Shown: positions 60,472 through 64,000 of the stretch, in pieces
Numbering within the stretch: position 1 is the stretch's first letter
How the letters are laid out: the number at the start of each line of letters is the position of its first letter
Assembly (NCBI GenBank): GCA_037135035.1
Contig: JBAXLB010000002.1
Location: forward strand, 71,680 to 135,679
Direction of reading: 5' to 3'
From: Candidatus Adlerbacteria bacterium
Lineage (GTDB): Bacteria > Patescibacteriota > Minisyncoccia > Phycocordibacterales > SBAW01
Length of the DNA: 64,000 nt
Made by a program: the position numbers and the translations under genes
The notes under the pieces: generated by a model
What the model was told of the DNA's origin: nothing
Seen by the model: the letters and a program-made list of their open reading frames with translations, nothing else
Database searches by the model: none

Positions 60472-61914
60472 ATGCAAGAGCCAAAACGCTTTTATATAAC
60501 GACCCCCATTTTTTATCCAAATGCAAAATTGCACTTGGGCCACGCCTATACAACAACACTTTCTGACATTCTTGCCCGGTATCATCGCCTTATAGGGGAC
60601 AAAACTTACTTTCTGACCGGTTCAGACGAAAACACGCAAAAGATGGTCGACTCGGCAGTAAAAGAGGGGAAAGAGCCGCTGATATTTTTGGATGGTATTG
60701 TTGAAAATTTCGCCTCCCTCTATAAAGGTCTTGATATTTCGTATGACCAATTTATCCGCACCACCGACCAGAAAAAGCATTGGCCGGGTGCCCAAGCGCT
60801 ATGGCAAAAACTTGTTGCTGCAGGGGACATATATAAAAAAGAATACGAAGGCCTATATTGCGTTGGGCACGAAGCATTTATCACTGAAAAAGACTTGGTT
60901 GACGGTAAATGCCCCGACCACGGCACGGTGCCGGAGCTAATTAAAGAAGAAAACTATTTCTTCCGTCTTTCAAAATATGCGCCGCAGATAGAAGAGAAAA
61001 TAAAAAGTGATGAGTTCCGTATTGTGCCCGAAAGTCGCAAACATGAAATCCTTTCATTTATAAAAAACGAAGGACTTGAAGATGTAAGTTTTTCGCGACC
61101 GCGCAAAGCCGCTTGGCCTGCAGGTTTGGGTATCCCTGTGCCCGGCGACGACTCCCAGGTAATGTACGTGTGGTGTGACGCACTTTCAAACTACATTACG
61201 GCACTTGGTTACGGGCAGGACGAAATGCTGTACAAAGAATTTTGGCCTGCAAACGTGCATGTTATAGGCAAAGATATTTTGCGTTTCCATGCGGCAATTT
61301 GGCCGGGGATGCTTCTATCGGCAGGGATTCCACTACCTAAGGCTCTCTTGGTACATGGGTTTATCACCTCGGGCGGAAAAAAAATGTCCAAAACACTCGG
61401 CAATATTATAGACCCCGAAGAGCTCATAGAAGAATATGGCAGCGAAGCCGTGCGGTACTTTTTGGCGCGCCATATAACACCGTTTGAAGACGGCGACATA
61501 ACCAGAGAGAGCTTTAAAGAAATCTACAATGCGAACTTGGCAAACGGGCTGGGTAACTTGGTTGCCCGTGTGATGAAGCTTGCAGAGGTCCACCTCCATG
61601 GAGACATACAAATCACCCAGCCAGTGTATTCAAACGAATATTTGGAAGCGTTTGAAAAATTTGATATCAACAAAGCCATTGACCACATATTTAAACGAAT
61701 AGGAGTGTTGGATCAGAGGATAACAAAAGAAGAGCCTTTTAAGTTGGTTAAAACAGACCCTGCGGCCGGTACAAAACTTATTCTCGAATTGCTTCTCGAA
61801 TTACGTGTCGTCGCAATTTTGCTCATTCCTTTTTTGCCAGAGACAAGTAAAAAAATCATAGAAGCAGTTGATGCCCGTAAAAAACCAGAAAACCTGTTCG
61901 CCCGCAAAGATTAA
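60472..61914 (+). CDS. metG: Methionine--tRNA ligase (no C-terminal OB domain)
   Basis: YITTPIFYPNAKLHLGH, YVWCDAL, IGKDILRFH, KMSKTLGN. Confidence 0.96.
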   Translation: MQEPKRFYITTPIFYPNAKLHLGHAYTTTLSDILARYHRLIGDKTYFLTGSDENTQKMVDSAVKEGKEPLIFLDGIVENFASLYKGLDISYDQFIRTTDQKKHWPGAQALWQKLVAAGDIYKKEYEGLYCVGHEAFITEKDLVDGKCPDHGTVPELIKEENYFFRLSKYAPQIEEKIKSDEFRIVPESRKHEILSFIKNEGLEDVSFSRPRKAAWPAGLGIPVPGDDSQVMYVWCDALSNYITALGYGQDEMLYKEFWPANVHVIGKDILRFHAAIWPGMLLSAGIPLPKALLVHGFITSGGKKMSKTLGNIIDPEELIEEYGSEAVRYFLARHITPFEDGDITRESFKEIYNANLANGLGNLVARVMKLAEVHLHGDIQITQPVYSNEYLEAFEKFDINKAIDHIFKRIGVLDQRITKEEPFKLVKTDPAAGTKLILELLLELRVVAILLIPFLPETSKKIIEAVDARKKPENLFARKD

Positions 61915-61916
61915 CC

Positions 61917-62765
61917 GTGAGGTATTTTGACGCACATACGCACGTGCAGTTTGTGGCATATGATGCCGACAGAGACGAGGTGTTTGCACGTGCCCGCGAG
62001 GCCGAAGTAGGGATGAACTTGGTTGGCACACAACTAGACACTTCGCGTGCCGCAGTTATGTGTGCAGAAAAAGAAATGGGTGACGTCTACGCAAGCGTGG
62101 CGCTCCACCCGGTGCATACAGCAAAGTCGTACCATGATACGCAAGAGTTGGGAGGAGAGGGGAAAGCTTTTACTTCCCGCGGAGAGATTTTTGACTTTGC
62201 CGCGTACGAAGAGCTGGGGAAGTCAAACAGAGTGATTGCGATAGGGGAATGTGGGTTGGACTATTACCGGCTAGAAGAGGACACGAAAAAGTTGCAACAA
62301 GAAGTATTTGTGCAGCATATCGAACTTGCAAACAAACTGGGTAAGCCGTTAATGCTGCACATTCGTGATGGGGCACACCAAAGTGGGAGCGATGCAGGTG
62401 CATACAAAGATGCGCTTGAGCTTTTAAAAACACATGCCAAAGTGCAGGGTGACGTCCACTTTTTTGCGGGGAACTGGGATATTGCACGGCAATTTTTAAA
62501 TTTAGGTTTTACACTTTCATTTACTGGCGTGTTGACGTTTACCCACGACTACGACGAAGTCGTACGCAACGCGCCCGTAGACATGTTACTGACAGAAACC
62601 GACGCGCCCTACATAACGCCTGTCCCATACCGCGGCCAACGCAACGAACCCGTGCATGTGCGGGAAGTGGTGCGGGCAATGGCGGGCATAAAAAATATTT
62701 CTGAAGAAGCCATGACAGCCCAAATAATCCTTAATTCTAGGCGCGTTTTTGCTATTGACAAATAG
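61917..62765 (+). CDS. tatD: TatD family DNase
   Basis: DAHTH, AIGECGLDYY, HIRD, HFF, LTETDAPY, RNEP. Confidence 0.95.
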   Translation: MRYFDAHTHVQFVAYDADRDEVFARAREAEVGMNLVGTQLDTSRAAVMCAEKEMGDVYASVALHPVHTAKSYHDTQELGGEGKAFTSRGEIFDFAAYEELGKSNRVIAIGECGLDYYRLEEDTKKLQQEVFVQHIELANKLGKPLMLHIRDGAHQSGSDAGAYKDALELLKTHAKVQGDVHFFAGNWDIARQFLNLGFTLSFTGVLTFTHDYDEVVRNAPVDMLLTETDAPYITPVPYRGQRNEPVHVREVVRAMAGIKNISEEAMTAQIILNSRRVFAIDK

Positions 62766-62784
62766 CACTGTTTGGTGCTATAAT
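62755..62784 (+). promoter_or_regulatory. Consensus sigma70 promoter with palindromic spacer
   Basis: TTGACA-18-TATAAT; the spacer contains TAGCAC-N6-GTGCTA. Confidence 0.7.
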
Positions 62785-62854
62785 AGTAGAGGTAGTATCA
62801 ACGGTTTAAGGGGCTATTTCGGCCCTACTCGTTGCAACATGTGGAGATATAGAA

Positions 62855-63388
62855 GTGACGAACATCATCGAACGGGGCATCAGCCTCATCGGTCGCATGC
62901 GGAAGAATCTCGAGGGCAAGTCCCTTTGGCTGGTCTTCGCGACCATCGCCTTTCTGGCAGTGGTCGACGTGTCGCCGGCCTTCGCCATCGACTGCCGTCC
63001 CCACGGGGAGCACAAGGTGACCTTTCTGTCGCTGAAGAGCGACGTCTTCGGCTGGGAGGATATCGACGCCCCGCTGCGGGTTACCATGGAGGTGTGTCGG
63101 GTCAATAAAGCGGGCGAGCGAATCCAGCTCGACGAGTTCGCGATGCCCGACATTCTCGGCGTCGAAGAGACCTACACCGACCGGAACCAGGTCGATGCGG
63201 ACCTCAAGCTCGTCATGCAGTCGGTGAAGGCTGACAAAAAATTCGGCCCCGAACGTCTGAAGGCCATGGTCGAGAAGATCAAGGCCATTCAGGACCCGAA
63301 GACCGCCGACGCCAAGCCGGCGCCGTGCCCGCCGGGCCAGGAGAAGGCCTACGTCGGCACCGGCGACGAGAAGTGCGTCGCCAAGTAA
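62855..63388 (+). CDS. Orphan secreted protein, GC-rich
   Basis: Signal peptide ending AFA, four Cys, strong C/G-ending codon bias, long hairpin at ~63394-63437. Confidence 0.75.
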   Translation: MTNIIERGISLIGRMRKNLEGKSLWLVFATIAFLAVVDVSPAFAIDCRPHGEHKVTFLSLKSDVFGWEDIDAPLRVTMEVCRVNKAGERIQLDEFAMPDILGVEETYTDRNQVDADLKLVMQSVKADKKFGPERLKAMVEKIKAIQDPKTADAKPAPCPPGQEKAYVGTGDEKCVAK

Positions 63389-63485
63389 CAACGCCCCGAG
63401 CGTTGGAAGATACCCCGAGTATCTCCAACGCTCGGGGTATCTTTTTGTCCAAAAATCACAAAAAACTCGAATTTGTTATACTACT

Positions 63486-64000
63486 ATGATGCCTACATTT
63501 CTACGTAACCCCAAAGTTGCCGCTATGTGCGGGGCCATGTTAGCCATGCTGCTTTCGGCCCTCGACCAAACTATTGTCTCTACCGCCTTGCCGCGCATCG
63601 TGGCCGACCTGCAGGGTATGGAGCATTTGTCGTGGGTCTTTACGGCCTACATGCTGGCCTCGACCGTTACTGTGCCGCTGTACGGAAAACTGTCTGACAT
63701 TTACGGCCGTCGTATTTTCTACATCTTTGGCATTATTATCTTCCTCATTGGCTCCGTACTTTCGGGTATGGCGACGTCGATGTTTGCTTTGATAGCGTTC
63801 CGCGCAATACAGGGTATTGGCGGCGGGGCAATTATGGTTAACTCGTTTGCCATTGTCGGAGACCTTTTTCCACCGTCTGAGCGTGGTAAATGGATGGGTT
63901 TGCTCGGCGGCATGTTTGGTATCGCCTCTGTTGCAGGGCCGCTGCTCGGTGGGTGGATAACCGACTCGTACAGCTGGCGCTGGATCTTTTATATCAACAT
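63486..64000 (+). CDS. MFS DHA2 (EmrB/QacA-type) efflux transporter, partial
   Basis: [45 protein letters not shown]. Runs off the window end. Confidence 0.93.
   Translation, partial: MMPTFLRNPKVAAMCGAMLAMLLSALDQTIVSTALPRIVADLQGMEHLSWVFTAYMLASTVTVPLYGKLSDIYGRRIFYIFGIIIFLIGSVLSGMATSMFALIAFRAIQGIGGGAIMVNSFAIVGDLFPPSERGKWMGLLGGMFGIASVAGPLLGGWITDSYSWRWIFYIN

Noticed and set aside
1-64000. CRISPR array, rRNA, intact transposase/integrase/RT
   Set aside because: No regularly spaced direct repeats or recognisable motifs were found. The repeats seen are dispersed, or coding heptads.

Overview
Chromosomal window from a small-genome bacterium that looks like a Patescibacteria/CPR Parcubacteria member. 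This is inferred from the minimal genes, rplK without rplA, a stand-alone VirD4/TraG-like ATPase and PilB, tRNA-Arg(GCG), and the many genes that start 6-8 nt after a -10 box. Most of the window is housekeeping: PBP1A, tyrS, ruvABC, yebC, polA, murE, rpsT, rplS, secE-nusG-rplK, argS, ileS, glyQS, metG, tatD, eight tRNAs, and a folate/dTMP cluster. The most striking unexplained signal is a dispersed family of structured ~40-130-nt elements with compensatory base changes. Copies sit after tRNA-Lys, -Arg(CCG), -Ser, -Leu and rplK, with a more divergent one after tRNA-His; related sequences occur intergenically and in-frame inside polA. At three loci the element is closed by inverted and direct copies of the neighbouring gene's own 3' end, with the same junction geometry. 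Other highlights: a 1.3-kb tRNA-Arg mini-island with a putative BECR-fold RNase convergent on a small three-way-junction RNA, a 6S-like RNA, an unannotated 48-aa microprotein that is 50% D/E and lies next to a DnaA box, a histidine-phosphatase domain inserted in IleRS, and an AT-rich nucleotidyltransferase/deaminase/HIT/MazG module around thyA. No CRISPR array, rRNA, transposase or intact integrase was seen. All family assignments are from motif recognition by eye; no database searches were run.
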